A stretch of 64,000 bases of DNA. It comes from a virus. The translations under genes were made by a program, and so were the position numbers. Under the pieces are notes generated by a model, which ran no database searches, was not told where the DNA came from, and saw only the letters and a list, made by a program, of their open reading frames with translations. Below, piece after piece: positions 1 to 8,884 of the stretch. The DNA lies in the IMG/VR virus record IMGVR_UViG_3300035162_004655, positions 3,576-67,575 of that record. The stretch is one strand, 5' to 3'. Position 1 is the stretch's first letter. Each line of letters starts with the position of its first letter.

Positions 1-1
1 T

Positions 2-2614
2 AATAATACTAGTGGTTCTCCGATTAGTGGATACAATGGAACATTTATTGTTGCATCTGTGTCTGCAGATAATATGTCATTCACATATACAAATTCTACT
101 GGCAATCCTGGATCATTCAATAACGACACAAGTACCAGAAATATAAGTCTACCAAGATTTAAAAGAAATGATTTACAAAGTAACTTCTATGTTTATCGTA
201 ATGAAGTAATTTATGAGTATATTGACGGTCAACAAGATGGAGTTTATCACATATATGCACTCAAAGCGGATAATAAAATTGAGACGGAATTTACAAATTT
301 AAAATATGGACAAAATGTTACCGATTTGTATCCACAACTTGATAGGGATAATATAGATGATAATCCAGGATCAACTAAATCAAAAGCACTTTCTTCTCCA
401 ATTGGAGATGTCTATACAAGTGATCTAAAAGGAAGTATTACAAGAGAATCAGCAGATTCTTTTATGACAAAACTTGGTGGTGGTCTTATTGTTGATTCTA
501 TTCTACCAGAGAGTGGTGGTATTTCGACTGTAACATTTACTAGAAACCATGCATTTAGTGGTATTTCTACTGCCAGTCTTTTTACTGCAGGATCAGGAAC
601 AAGAACTGATGGAACATATTATAATGTAAAACTCTATAATAACAATGTATATTCAACTTGGAATGGTGCCACAGCAATAGTTAGTGTAGCCAGTAGTACA
701 ATCCAATCTTTCCAAATTCAAGCACCAGGATCTGGTTATTCGGGTGGAAGTAATCTTTATTTTGATAATGCTGCGATAGGTGGTAATCAAGATGGTGCTA
801 TCAGTATTTTAACTGCTGGTATTACAACATCAATTGGTGATGTAGTTCAGATTACTGGTATTTCAACTGTTTCTGATGCATATTATAGAATTACTAGTGT
901 TCCAACTGCAAATAGAATTTCTATTGCTAAAACTTCTGGTGATCCGGATATACTAGCAAATCATATTGTCATTCCCAGTGGACCTTCAATTTCAGTAAGT
1001 TCTTCCACATTTTTAAGTGGTATTACAACCTTTACTTGTTCATCTGCACACGGATTAGTTGCCGGAAATAAATTTAGAGCAATTGATGCTAGTAATAACA
1101 ATCTTGGAGATTATCTTGTAAAATCTAAAGTGAATGTGAATACATTTACTGCAGAAACTACGGGAGAATTAACAAGTCCTGCGTTTATACTTAAGCATAA
1201 TTTTTCATCTAATTCGGGTATATCCGATTCAAGTATAGAAAATATATCAATTAGACAAAGAAGTTTCTATGCCGGAGATTCCCTTATTATTAGTAATAGT
1301 GGAAATGATATTGGTCTTACTACAACATTAATTCCTGTCGAGCATCCAAAATCTGGTTCACCTTCTGGTATTGGAATTATTGAAAGGTTCCCACTTGGAA
1401 CATATGTTCAAGTTGATGATGAAATTATGAGGATTGCATCATCAACACTTACAGGAACAAATAAATTAACCGTTCTTCGTGGTGTTTTCTCATCAAATCT
1501 GGGAATACACTCTGATACTTCATTAGTCAAAAAAATTAATGCAATCCCTGTTGAGTTCCGTAGACCATCAATTATTCGTGCATCAGGACATACATTTGAA
1601 TATCTTGGATATGGTCCAGGTAACTACTCAACAGGTTTACCACAAATTCAAACAAGAACCCTAACAGAAAAAGAAGAGTTCTTAACACAATCCCAAGAAA
1701 GATCTGCTGGTATTGTTGTTTATACTGGTATGAACAATAGAGGTGACTTCTATATTGGTAACACTAAGAAGTCTTCTTCGACTGGTGAGGAAACTTCATT
1801 TGATACTCCAATTCCAACAGTTGCTGGTGAAGATCCAGCAAGATTGAGTGCAATTTTTGACGAAATTACCGTTAAGGAAAGAATCATTGTTGAAGGTGGT
1901 GATTCTCGACAAATTCTTTCGCAGTTTGATGGACCTGTTACTTTTGGTGGTGAAGTAAGAATTAAAAATACCTTATCACTTCCCGGAAAATTAAGAATAC
2001 TTAATTCGACACAATCAGTTGGTGTTGGAAATGGTTCTGTTGTGATTGATGGTGGTGTTAGTATTGCTAAAGATCTTTTTGTTGGAGGTAGTGTAAGTAT
2101 TACTGGTGATATTAATGTCAGTGGGTCTACCAATTTTGCAAGTTTAGTAGGAACTGGTGCAACACTTGGCAATATTCAAATTGCCGAAACTGATGATAAT
2201 ACTATTGACACCACTATAGGCAATCTTAAATTAAGTTCTATAGAAGGATCCATTGTTGAAATTCAAAGGAATACTACAATCACCGGTATTTTAAGTGTAA
2301 CTGATGATATTACCGCATTCTGGACTTCTGATGAAAGATTGAAGGATAATATTACTTTAATTAATGATCCTTTAACAAAAGTAATTTCAATCAGTGGTAA
2401 TACATTTGATTGGAATGATAAGTCTAACAAGAACGGTCATGATGTTGGTCTGATTGCACAAGAGATTGAAAAAGTTCTTCCAGAAGCAGTTATAACAAGA
2501 GATAGTGGATACCTTGCAGTTGATTACCATAAGGTAGTTCCATTACTTGTAGAGGCAATCAAGGAACTCTCCGACAAGGTTGATGCACTTGAGCAAAAAT
2601 TATCCGATAAATAA
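2..2614 (+). CDS. Tail fibre protein, 5' truncated, with C-terminal intramolecular chaperone (peptidase S74-type)
   Basis: The frame is open back to position 2. The body is G/S/T-rich and the C-terminus reads SDERLKDNI...GLIAQEIEKVLPEAV...VDYHKVVPLLVEAIKEL, the S74 chaperone signature. Confidence 0.85.
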   Translation, partial: NNTSGSPISGYNGTFIVASVSADNMSFTYTNSTGNPGSFNNDTSTRNISLPRFKRNDLQSNFYVYRNEVIYEYIDGQQDGVYHIYALKADNKIETEFTNLKYGQNVTDLYPQLDRDNIDDNPGSTKSKALSSPIGDVYTSDLKGSITRESADSFMTKLGGGLIVDSILPESGGISTVTFTRNHAFSGISTASLFTAGSGTRTDGTYYNVKLYNNNVYSTWNGATAIVSVASSTIQSFQIQAPGSGYSGGSNLYFDNAAIGGNQDGAISILTAGITTSIGDVVQITGISTVSDAYYRITSVPTANRISIAKTSGDPDILANHIVIPSGPSISVSSSTFLSGITTFTCSSAHGLVAGNKFRAIDASNNNLGDYLVKSKVNVNTFTAETTGELTSPAFILKHNFSSNSGISDSSIENISIRQRSFYAGDSLIISNSGNDIGLTTTLIPVEHPKSGSPSGIGIIERFPLGTYVQVDDEIMRIASSTLTGTNKLTVLRGVFSSNLGIHSDTSLVKKINAIPVEFRRPSIIRASGHTFEYLGYGPGNYSTGLPQIQTRTLTEKEEFLTQSQERSAGIVVYTGMNNRGDFYIGNTKKSSSTGEETSFDTPIPTVAGEDPARLSAIFDEITVKERIIVEGGDSRQILSQFDGPVTFGGEVRIKNTLSLPGKLRILNSTQSVGVGNGSVVIDGGVSIAKDLFVGGSVSITGDINVSGSTNFASLVGTGATLGNIQIAETDDNTIDTTIGNLKLSSIEGSIVEIQRNTTITGILSVTDDITAFWTSDERLKDNITLINDPLTKVISISGNTFDWNDKSNKNGHDVGLIAQEIEKVLPEAVITRDSGYLAVDYHKVVPLLVEAIKELSDKVDALEQKLSDK
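2606..2613 (+). promoter_or_regulatory. T4-type late promoter (GATAAATA)
   Basis: NATAAATA box 18 nt upstream of the ATG at 2632. Confidence 0.6.
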
Positions 2615-2631
2615 CTCTAAAGCTTATAATA

Positions 2632-4908
2632 ATGGCAAATATTAGGAAGTCATTTAATTTTAGGAATGGTGTTCAAGTTGATAATGATAATTTTATCGTA
2701 AATGCGAATGGACTGGTAGGAATCGGAACTTCGATTCCTACAGAATCTTTAGATTTGATTGGAAATGCGAAAATCAGTGGACTTACAACAACAACAACCT
2801 TAGGTGTTGCACAAACATCAAACTTTTATGGTGATGTTAAAGTAGGATCAGTCAATATAGATCCTAATAGTGGTATAATTACGGCAACACAGTTTGTTGG
2901 GGATGCTTCTTTACTTCAAAATATTTTTGCAATTTCAACGACTGGTTGGGTTGCAGGAGTAGGATTACATACATTTAGAGCAATTGGTATTGGAACAACT
3001 AATCCAGAATATAATTTACAAATAGAAGAGAACCCTGCCACAGGAATTGGCATAGGAATGACAAATGGTAACATTATTGTAAGTGGTAATGTTACTGCCG
3101 CAGGTAATTTTATTGGGTCAGTAACTGGTAATGTAATCGGCAATTTAACTGGAGATGTTGTTGGAATTTCCTCCGTTGCAAGTAAATTAGAAACTACAAC
3201 AACATTTGAAATCACTGGTGATGTAGTATCAAACGTATCACAAGAATTTGATGGAACTTCTAATATAAATTTAGTAACTACACTATCTTCATCTTTTGAT
3301 GCAAATACAACTGGAAGTATTATTGCAAATACCTTAGAAAGCAGTTTCCTAAAAGTAGGAACAGGAACAATTACAAATGCCACTCTTACAGATGCTGACA
3401 TTGAAAATGTCACAGTTACTGGTATAGGTTCGTTTAATGATATAAGAATTGATCGACCAACTCCCGCAAATCTTGTTATTACAAGTGAAGACGATTCATC
3501 TATAAGTATTGGTAAATCTGTTAGTGCTGGTAATAGTAGTGCTCAACTACTTTATAATCCAGCAACAGGTCGTTTAGACATTAATAACTATGATACTGGT
3601 GGAGTTCGTATCAATCTTCACGAAGGAACCGGTGTAGGAAACACAGAAAGTTTTGATATTCAATATAACAATACAAAACAATTTGAAGTTACTTATGATG
3701 GAAAAGTTGGTATTAATCGTGATGGTGCTGCATTAGAAAATAATTTAGAAGTTGGTGGTGATGCTCTTATTACTGGAAACGGAACGGTTAGTGGAATTTT
3801 AACTGTTACGGGAACTGGTGGAAATACAGTCACTTTAGGTGATGGAAGTGCATTACCAGTATCAGATAGTCAAAATTTCAATACTTTAACTGGAATTAGT
3901 ACTTTTAATGATTTAAGTATAAACAATGTTCAAGTAGGAGCAGGTAAAAGTGTAATAATTGGATTAGGTGGTGAAGAAGGGGGAGATTCTGACCTATTTG
4001 TTTTAGGTAGTGTTGGTATAGGAACAACTAATAAAAATAATTTTGTAAGTCAAGGTGACCAAACCCAAAAAGTTCAAATTACCGGGGATGTATTTGTTTA
4101 TGGTGATGCGACAGTAGGAGGTCTTGGTGGAGGATCTCTTGGCATCACAACTAATACTGATGGAACACTTCCATCAGATCCCAGAACGATTCCAAGCGAT
4201 TTAGGTCCTACAGTTCCATTTTTATCATATGGAAATTTCCAAGTTGATACTGGTGCAGCATCTCTTATTGTTGATAATTTATTAATTATTCCAAATCTTG
4301 GAAAAACTGCAGTTGGATTTGGATCAACTAATCTAGGTATGGTTCCAACTAATCATGATACGGATAAGTATCTAACAAAAGTTGGAGTTAATACTTATTT
4401 TGCAAGATCTTTATTTGATGTAGGAGCTGCTTCTACAACAATGAATAGTTATTTTATTCCACCATCATTGACGGAAGATGAGATATCTACTGTTAGCAAT
4501 TTATGGCAGAGTACAACTGATACTGGAAGAGATCAAGCAAAGAAAGTTACTCCAAATGGACTTGTTCCTGGAGGACTAGTATATAACTCCTCAAGAGATG
4601 CAGTTCAAATCAGAAATACTGCATCATCATTTAGAAACTTAAGTCCTGTTGTTGCTTTTAGTACTATTGATGGTGGAAGTATAGTTAGTAGTGATACTTT
4701 TAACTTATCAGTATCAAATGATGGTAATGATGCCAATTTTACATTTAGTAATACATTACCATCTGCAAATTATACTGTAATAGTTTCAAATCAAGGAACA
4801 TCAACCTTTACTGTTCCAGAAGCAGATAAAGCAACAAATTCATTCAAAATAACTTTCAGTTCTAGTGCTGGAAGTAGAAGTTACTCTGTAATGATACTTC
4901 AAGTATAA
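2632..4908 (+). CDS. Virion structural / tail fibre-like protein
   Basis: 758 aa with VGIGT repeats and G/T/N-rich beta composition. Its FEITGDVVS..FDG motif recurs in the fibre at 60121. Confidence 0.75.
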   Translation: MANIRKSFNFRNGVQVDNDNFIVNANGLVGIGTSIPTESLDLIGNAKISGLTTTTTLGVAQTSNFYGDVKVGSVNIDPNSGIITATQFVGDASLLQNIFAISTTGWVAGVGLHTFRAIGIGTTNPEYNLQIEENPATGIGIGMTNGNIIVSGNVTAAGNFIGSVTGNVIGNLTGDVVGISSVASKLETTTTFEITGDVVSNVSQEFDGTSNINLVTTLSSSFDANTTGSIIANTLESSFLKVGTGTITNATLTDADIENVTVTGIGSFNDIRIDRPTPANLVITSEDDSSISIGKSVSAGNSSAQLLYNPATGRLDINNYDTGGVRINLHEGTGVGNTESFDIQYNNTKQFEVTYDGKVGINRDGAALENNLEVGGDALITGNGTVSGILTVTGTGGNTVTLGDGSALPVSDSQNFNTLTGISTFNDLSINNVQVGAGKSVIIGLGGEEGGDSDLFVLGSVGIGTTNKNNFVSQGDQTQKVQITGDVFVYGDATVGGLGGGSLGITTNTDGTLPSDPRTIPSDLGPTVPFLSYGNFQVDTGAASLIVDNLLIIPNLGKTAVGFGSTNLGMVPTNHDTDKYLTKVGVNTYFARSLFDVGAASTTMNSYFIPPSLTEDEISTVSNLWQSTTDTGRDQAKKVTPNGLVPGGLVYNSSRDAVQIRNTASSFRNLSPVVAFSTIDGGSIVSSDTFNLSVSNDGNDANFTFSNTLPSANYTVIVSNQGTSTFTVPEADKATNSFKITFSSSAGSRSYSVMILQV

Positions 4909-4912
4909 GGAC

Positions 4913-4941
4913 TTGACAAGACTTTAAAACTACTGTAGACT
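4913..4941 (+). promoter_or_regulatory. Host sigma70-type promoter TTGACA-N17-TAGACT
   Basis: Consensus -35 at 4913-4918, 17 bp spacer and -10 at 4936-4941, intergenic. Confidence 0.7.
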
Positions 4942-4970
4942 ACCTTTGTTAGGGTTGAAGAGGAATCTAT

Positions 4971-5040
4971 AAGACACATTAAGAACCGTCCACCAGGTCG
5001 CACTGGGGACGGTTTTCTGCTATAATAAGAAGGTAATCGA
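4971..5040 (+). promoter_or_regulatory. Early-type promoter element copy 1 (dyad, hairpin, TGnTATAAT)
   Basis: AAGACA-N10-CGTCCAC, stem AACCGTCC/GGACGGTT, TATAAT at 5021, then AGGTAATC. Same layout as the other copies. Confidence 0.7.
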
Positions 5041-5049
5041 GGGAGACCT

Positions 5050-6240
5050 TTGACCATCACTCTCAGACCCCATCAACGCAAAGCACTGAATGAGATGCTG
5101 GCATATGACAAAGGTCAGTTGATCATCCCTACTGGTGGTGGTAAGACTTTGTGTATGATACACGATATTATTGAGAATCAAAAGTATATTGATAATGGTT
5201 CTACTATTGTTGTTGTAGCACCCCGTATTTTACTTGCAGAGCAACTTTGTAGTGAGTTTCTTGAGGTAATCGATACAACTCACACACATGTGATGCATGT
5301 TCATAGTGGTGAGACTTCACACTTCTCCACAACAAAAGCAGAAAAGATTAATCTTTTTGTAAATACTGCTAGAACTGCTGGTGAGAATGTAGTAATCTTT
5401 ACCACATATCACTCTCTACATCGTCTTGTAGAAGCAGACATCGAAGTCAATACGATTTACTTTGATGAAGCACATAACTCAGTCCAACGTAACTTTTTCC
5501 CTGCTACGGAGCACTTTTCTGCTGATGCTGATCGGTGTTACTTCTTCACTGCTACTCGTCGTACTTCTGCAACTATTTTTAAACCCGGTATGAATGATAC
5601 TGAGGTATATGGTGATGTAATTTATCGTGTTCCTGCCACCAAACTGGTTGATGGTGGTTATATTCTTCCTCCTCAAATCAAAGCAAAAAAGTTTGAGGTT
5701 CTTAAAGCAAATGAAATATCTGCCGACCGTGACTGCAACAATATTGTAGAAACTTTAGAAGAGAATAACACAAGTAAAGTTCTTGTTTGTGTTAAGAGTG
5801 CTAAACAACTTATTAATCTTATGTCGCAAACTGATTTTGCTATGCGACTGAATGATATGGGTTATTCTTTTCTTTATATCACTTCAAAAACAGGAGCGAT
5901 TATTGACGGTCAAAAAGTCAATCGTGAGGTTTTCTTTAATACTCTGAATGCTTGGGGCAAAGACCCCTCTAAGAAGTTTGTTTGTCTCCATCGATCTATT
6001 TTGAGTGAAGGTATTTCTGTTAATGGTCTTGAGTCTGTTATTTTTCTCCGCAATATGGATGTAATTGAGATGACTCAAACTATCGGAAGAGTTCTTCGCA
6101 CTGCTCCTAATAAAACCTACGGACTTTGTGTTGTTCCTGTTTATTCGCAGGTTGGTATTGCTACGGAGAAACGTATGCAGAATGTTGTTGATACTATCTT
6201 TGGGAAAGGTGAGATGCTTGATAGTGTAGTCAAACGATAG
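5050..6240 (+). CDS. Superfamily 2 helicase / type III restriction Res-like ATPase
   Basis: Q motif LRPHQ, Walker A PTGGGKT, DEAH, FTAT, LSEGI and QTIGRVLR motifs. TTG start after a GGGAG SD. Confidence 0.85.
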   Translation: MTITLRPHQRKALNEMLAYDKGQLIIPTGGGKTLCMIHDIIENQKYIDNGSTIVVVAPRILLAEQLCSEFLEVIDTTHTHVMHVHSGETSHFSTTKAEKINLFVNTARTAGENVVIFTTYHSLHRLVEADIEVNTIYFDEAHNSVQRNFFPATEHFSADADRCYFFTATRRTSATIFKPGMNDTEVYGDVIYRVPATKLVDGGYILPPQIKAKKFEVLKANEISADRDCNNIVETLEENNTSKVLVCVKSAKQLINLMSQTDFAMRLNDMGYSFLYITSKTGAIIDGQKVNREVFFNTLNAWGKDPSKKFVCLHRSILSEGISVNGLESVIFLRNMDVIEMTQTIGRVLRTAPNKTYGLCVVPVYSQVGIATEKRMQNVVDTIFGKGEMLDSVVKR

Positions 6241-6260
6241 ATATATGGGAGGCATCAGCA

Positions 6261-6328
6261 GTATGTCTGGGGAGATAATTTGCTGTGTAAGTCCTCTTAT
6301 AAATACTATTGTCATACCCCAGACATAC
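6261..6328 (+). promoter_or_regulatory. Translation-blocking hairpin with late promoter TATAAATA (6298-6305) in its loop
   Basis: 12 bp perfect inverted repeat GTATGTCTGGGG (6261-6272) / CCCCAGACATAC (6317-6328), ending 1 nt before the ATG at 6330. Confidence 0.75.
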
Positions 6329-6329
6329 A

Positions 6330-6809
6330 ATGAATGAATATTACACTTACGCATATTTGCGTGAAGATGGAACTCCCTACTATGTTGGTAAAGGAACGGG
6401 TAGGAGATCGTATGTTAAACACGGACTTCACACTGTTCCACCAAAAGAAAGAATACTCATTCTCAAAAATAATCTAACAGAAAAGGACGCGTTTAAGCAC
6501 GAAGTTTATATGATTGCCGTATTCGGTAGAAAAGATATAAAAAGTGGTATTTTACATAATAGAAGTGAAGGTGGAGCAGGTGGAAATACTGGATATTTTG
6601 GCACCAAAAGGCATAAAGAAAATTGTAAGAAGAGAACTGGAGAGAATAACAGTTTTTATGGTCGTAAGCACTCCTCAGAGACCCTACAAGCAATGAAAGA
6701 ATCCCTAAAGGGTAGAAGTGCTTGGAACAAGGGAAAATACCTTCCAGAAGAGCAGGTAAGTGCCCATGCACTCTATATGAGAGAGTGGAGAAAGAAGAGA
6801 CAATCTTAA
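6330..6809 (+). CDS. Free-standing GIY-YIG homing endonuclease with NUMOD3-like motif
   Basis: YYTYAYLREDGTPYYVGKG N-terminus, L.N...GG motif and GENNSFYGRKHSSET NUMOD3-like motif. Confidence 0.8.
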   Translation: MNEYYTYAYLREDGTPYYVGKGTGRRSYVKHGLHTVPPKERILILKNNLTEKDAFKHEVYMIAVFGRKDIKSGILHNRSEGGAGGNTGYFGTKRHKENCKKRTGENNSFYGRKHSSETLQAMKESLKGRSAWNKGKYLPEEQVSAHALYMREWRKKRQS

Positions 6810-6870
6810 AACTGTCACTCTGCCCCTCCACTTTGCCCCACTCTGCCCTATAATACAAAGGTAATCAAGG
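6797..6870 (+). promoter_or_regulatory. Early-type promoter element copy 2
   Basis: GAGACA-N9-CTGTCAC, three CACTYTGCCC repeats, TATAAT at 6849, then ACAAAGGTAATCAAG. Confidence 0.7.
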
Positions 6871-6879
6871 AACACTCCC

Positions 6880-7431
6880 ATGCACCTGATCGATCATCTC
6901 GAAACTCAAGTTCAATGGGGTAAAGTTTTTGGAGTCGTGGATTCTCTTTACAATGATAAAGGATTTACCTCCAATGCTGATAACTTTGCCCGTGCAACTG
7001 CGGTAGAAAAAGCAATTTCAAAGTTTTCAGATCTGGTTCGTGTGGATCAAACTGGTTATGATTTCACCTTTGGTGGTGAAAAGATTGAACTGAAGATGGG
7101 TAAGAATTTATTCTACAAACGAAAAGATGTTAATGCCACAAAAAAATTCAAAGTCAAATCTTTCCTGAGTGAGACTAAAACTGTAGAAGATTTTCGTCAA
7201 AGTAAAACTTTTGATTACATGATGGTGATTGATCTTACTGCACGTCGTGTGGTGATTGTTGAAGATGAGAAAGCAAGATCACTCTATCAGGATGGTGCTG
7301 ACGGTGCCATGATTGAACTGAAATTAGGTGACTATTATGAGTGCGATCTGAGTGAGTTTGATGTTACTGAACCTCCTGCACTTCTGTCTGAGGCTATCAA
7401 CAAAGCAATCGAAGGATATCTGGACTTCTGA
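6880..7431 (+). CDS. Putative PD-(D/E)XK restriction-endonuclease-like nuclease
   Basis: GYDFTFGGEKIELKMG fits D-Xn-E-X-K, with an upstream helix carrying E (ATAVEKA) and a downstream FDYMMVID strand. Confidence 0.55.
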   Translation: MHLIDHLETQVQWGKVFGVVDSLYNDKGFTSNADNFARATAVEKAISKFSDLVRVDQTGYDFTFGGEKIELKMGKNLFYKRKDVNATKKFKVKSFLSETKTVEDFRQSKTFDYMMVIDLTARRVVIVEDEKARSLYQDGADGAMIELKLGDYYECDLSEFDVTEPPALLSEAINKAIEGYLDF

Positions 7432-7500
7432 CCAGTTCCGAAACCGTCCACCAGGAGCAGAAACCCTGCTCCACTCTGCTATAATACAAAGGTAATCAAG
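7429..7500 (+). promoter_or_regulatory. Early-type promoter element copy 3
   Basis: TGACCA-N10-CGTCCAC, hairpin GGAGCAG/CTGCTCC, TGC-TATAAT at 7480, then ACAAAGGTAATCAAG. Confidence 0.75.
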
Positions 7501-7511
7501 GGAGCACCACC

Positions 7512-7652
7512 ATGAAATGCAAAGTTCAACTCTATGTTGCTGGTAATGTATTTGATGAGATCGTACAAGCACGGGACTATGAAGATGCAAAAAAAACTGC
7601 CCTTGCACGTAATCCTACAGCAACAGTTGTGAGTGTTACTGCCGTCTTCTAA
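7512..7652 (+). CDS. Small cyanophage hypothetical protein (46 aa, missing from the ORF track)
   Basis: MKCKVQLYVAGNVFDEIVQARDYEDAKKTALARNPTATVVSVTAVF. GGAG SD, and the TAA overlaps the next ATG. Confidence 0.75.
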   Translation: MKCKVQLYVAGNVFDEIVQARDYEDAKKTALARNPTATVVSVTAVF

Positions 7653-7906
7653 TGACCAAGTTTCTCAAACCTCATGTAAGTAATCAGAGTCTCCTGAATC
7701 CAAAATCAGGAGATCCTGACGGTTTTGTATCTAAAGATGGAATGTGGGCTGCTGTTCCACTAGCAGGAAAGAAGAAAGGGTTCTGTATTATACATAATGG
7801 TAGTCAAGTGCATAGTGTAAAAACGTATAAACAAGCACTTGATTATATCAAAAAATATTCTAAAATCAAAAAGAAAGCAACCTCTTCTCTTGAACAATTT
7901 CTATGA
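7652..7906 (+). CDS. Hypothetical protein
   Basis: Translationally coupled at both ends (TAATG, ATGA). Confidence 0.7.
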   Translation: MTKFLKPHVSNQSLLNPKSGDPDGFVSKDGMWAAVPLAGKKKGFCIIHNGSQVHSVKTYKQALDYIKKYSKIKKKATSSLEQFL

Positions 7907-8085
7907 CTGATAAACAACAAAAGCGCAAAGATGCACTTGGACTTTTTTATGAAAGTGTATTGAAACCAGACCATGAACTCAGAAAATGTGCTCACAATCA
8001 AGAATGTTTCTTTGAGTTAATGGAATGGAGAGCAGAAATTTTAGAATATCTTGATAGTCGTAGAAATCAGGAGTTTCACCAATGA
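7903..8085 (+). CDS. Hypothetical protein
   Basis: ATGA overlaps with both neighbours. Confidence 0.7.
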   Translation: MTDKQQKRKDALGLFYESVLKPDHELRKCAHNQECFFELMEWRAEILEYLDSRRNQEFHQ

Positions 8086-8330
8086 CAGCACAATATGTGC
8101 TTTTTTTGGTATTTGGAGTTATTTTATATGTGATAGTCATTGATTCAAATGTTGCGAAAGCATTTGATTATGTTCTTCAGTTAGTGAATACAAACATTAG
8201 AAAGGAATTGTGGTGGTTAAAAAATAATCCTGCTAATCCTGTGATAAAATATATCATGTATCGTAAAAATCTTAAGCTTGCAAAGGAGTTGCGAGCAAAA
8301 ATAAATAAACATCTAGAGGCAAAAGAATAA
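8082..8330 (+). CDS. Hypothetical membrane protein
   Basis: Hydrophobic N-terminal helix; coupled start. Confidence 0.65.
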   Translation: MTAQYVLFLVFGVILYVIVIDSNVAKAFDYVLQLVNTNIRKELWWLKNNPANPVIKYIMYRKNLKLAKELRAKINKHLEAKE

Positions 8331-8331
8331 T

Positions 8332-8646
8332 ATGCTGTCTACGAAATACCGTCTTCGGTTAGAATTTATTTGTAAATGTATTGCAAATAACGAAGAGGTA
8401 AAACTTGATGATATGGTATGGGCACAGAAACTTGCGAAAGCAAACACAACTGCCTATGAAATGTTGAAAAAAGCAAGAAGACAATCTTCACAAAACATTG
8501 AGGAAGGTAGTATGGATGATTTTCTTAATCGGATGGGGTTAGGTGATCCCGACCCATCCGAATATAAAACGGGATTTGGATCTGCTGATGAAATTGTAGA
8601 TTGGTTTAATCATGAAAAAAGAGACGATTGGAGGCAAAGAGATTAA
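8332..8646 (+). CDS. Conserved cyanophage hypothetical protein
   Basis: MLSTKYRLRLEFICKCIAN...GLGDPDPS...DDWRQRD, recognised from T4-like cyanophages. Confidence 0.75.
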   Translation: MLSTKYRLRLEFICKCIANNEEVKLDDMVWAQKLAKANTTAYEMLKKARRQSSQNIEEGSMDDFLNRMGLGDPDPSEYKTGFGSADEIVDWFNHEKRDDWRQRD

Positions 8647-8647
8647 A

Positions 8648-8884
8648 ATGCAGGCAGTAATTTACAGCAACGGAAGTCAGGAGTGTGAGAGAATGGCATC
8701 TCTCATAAAATTTCTTGGTAATGATTTTCATGAATATGTTTTAGGTGTTGACTTTGATGATAATGCATTTGAGTCAGAATTTGGTTCAGAGGCAACATAT
8801 CCTCAAGTATCAATCGGTTATCAGCATATTGGTAGCATGAAAGAAACACTTCAATATATGAGTGAGAATGGGATATTTGTATGA
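8648..8884 (+). CDS. Glutaredoxin-like protein (SxxC)
   Basis: AVIYS..SQECERM and TYPQV....HIG match the glutaredoxin fold. The first Cys of CxxC is replaced by Ser. Confidence 0.65.
   Translation: MQAVIYSNGSQECERMASLIKFLGNDFHEYVLGVDFDDNAFESEFGSEATYPQVSIGYQHIGSMKETLQYMSENGIFV

Noticed and set aside
5050-6809. Group I intron or intein carrying the GIY-YIG gene
   Set aside because: The helicase is complete through motif VI and stops before the endonuclease. No intron core is visible, so the gene is free-standing.
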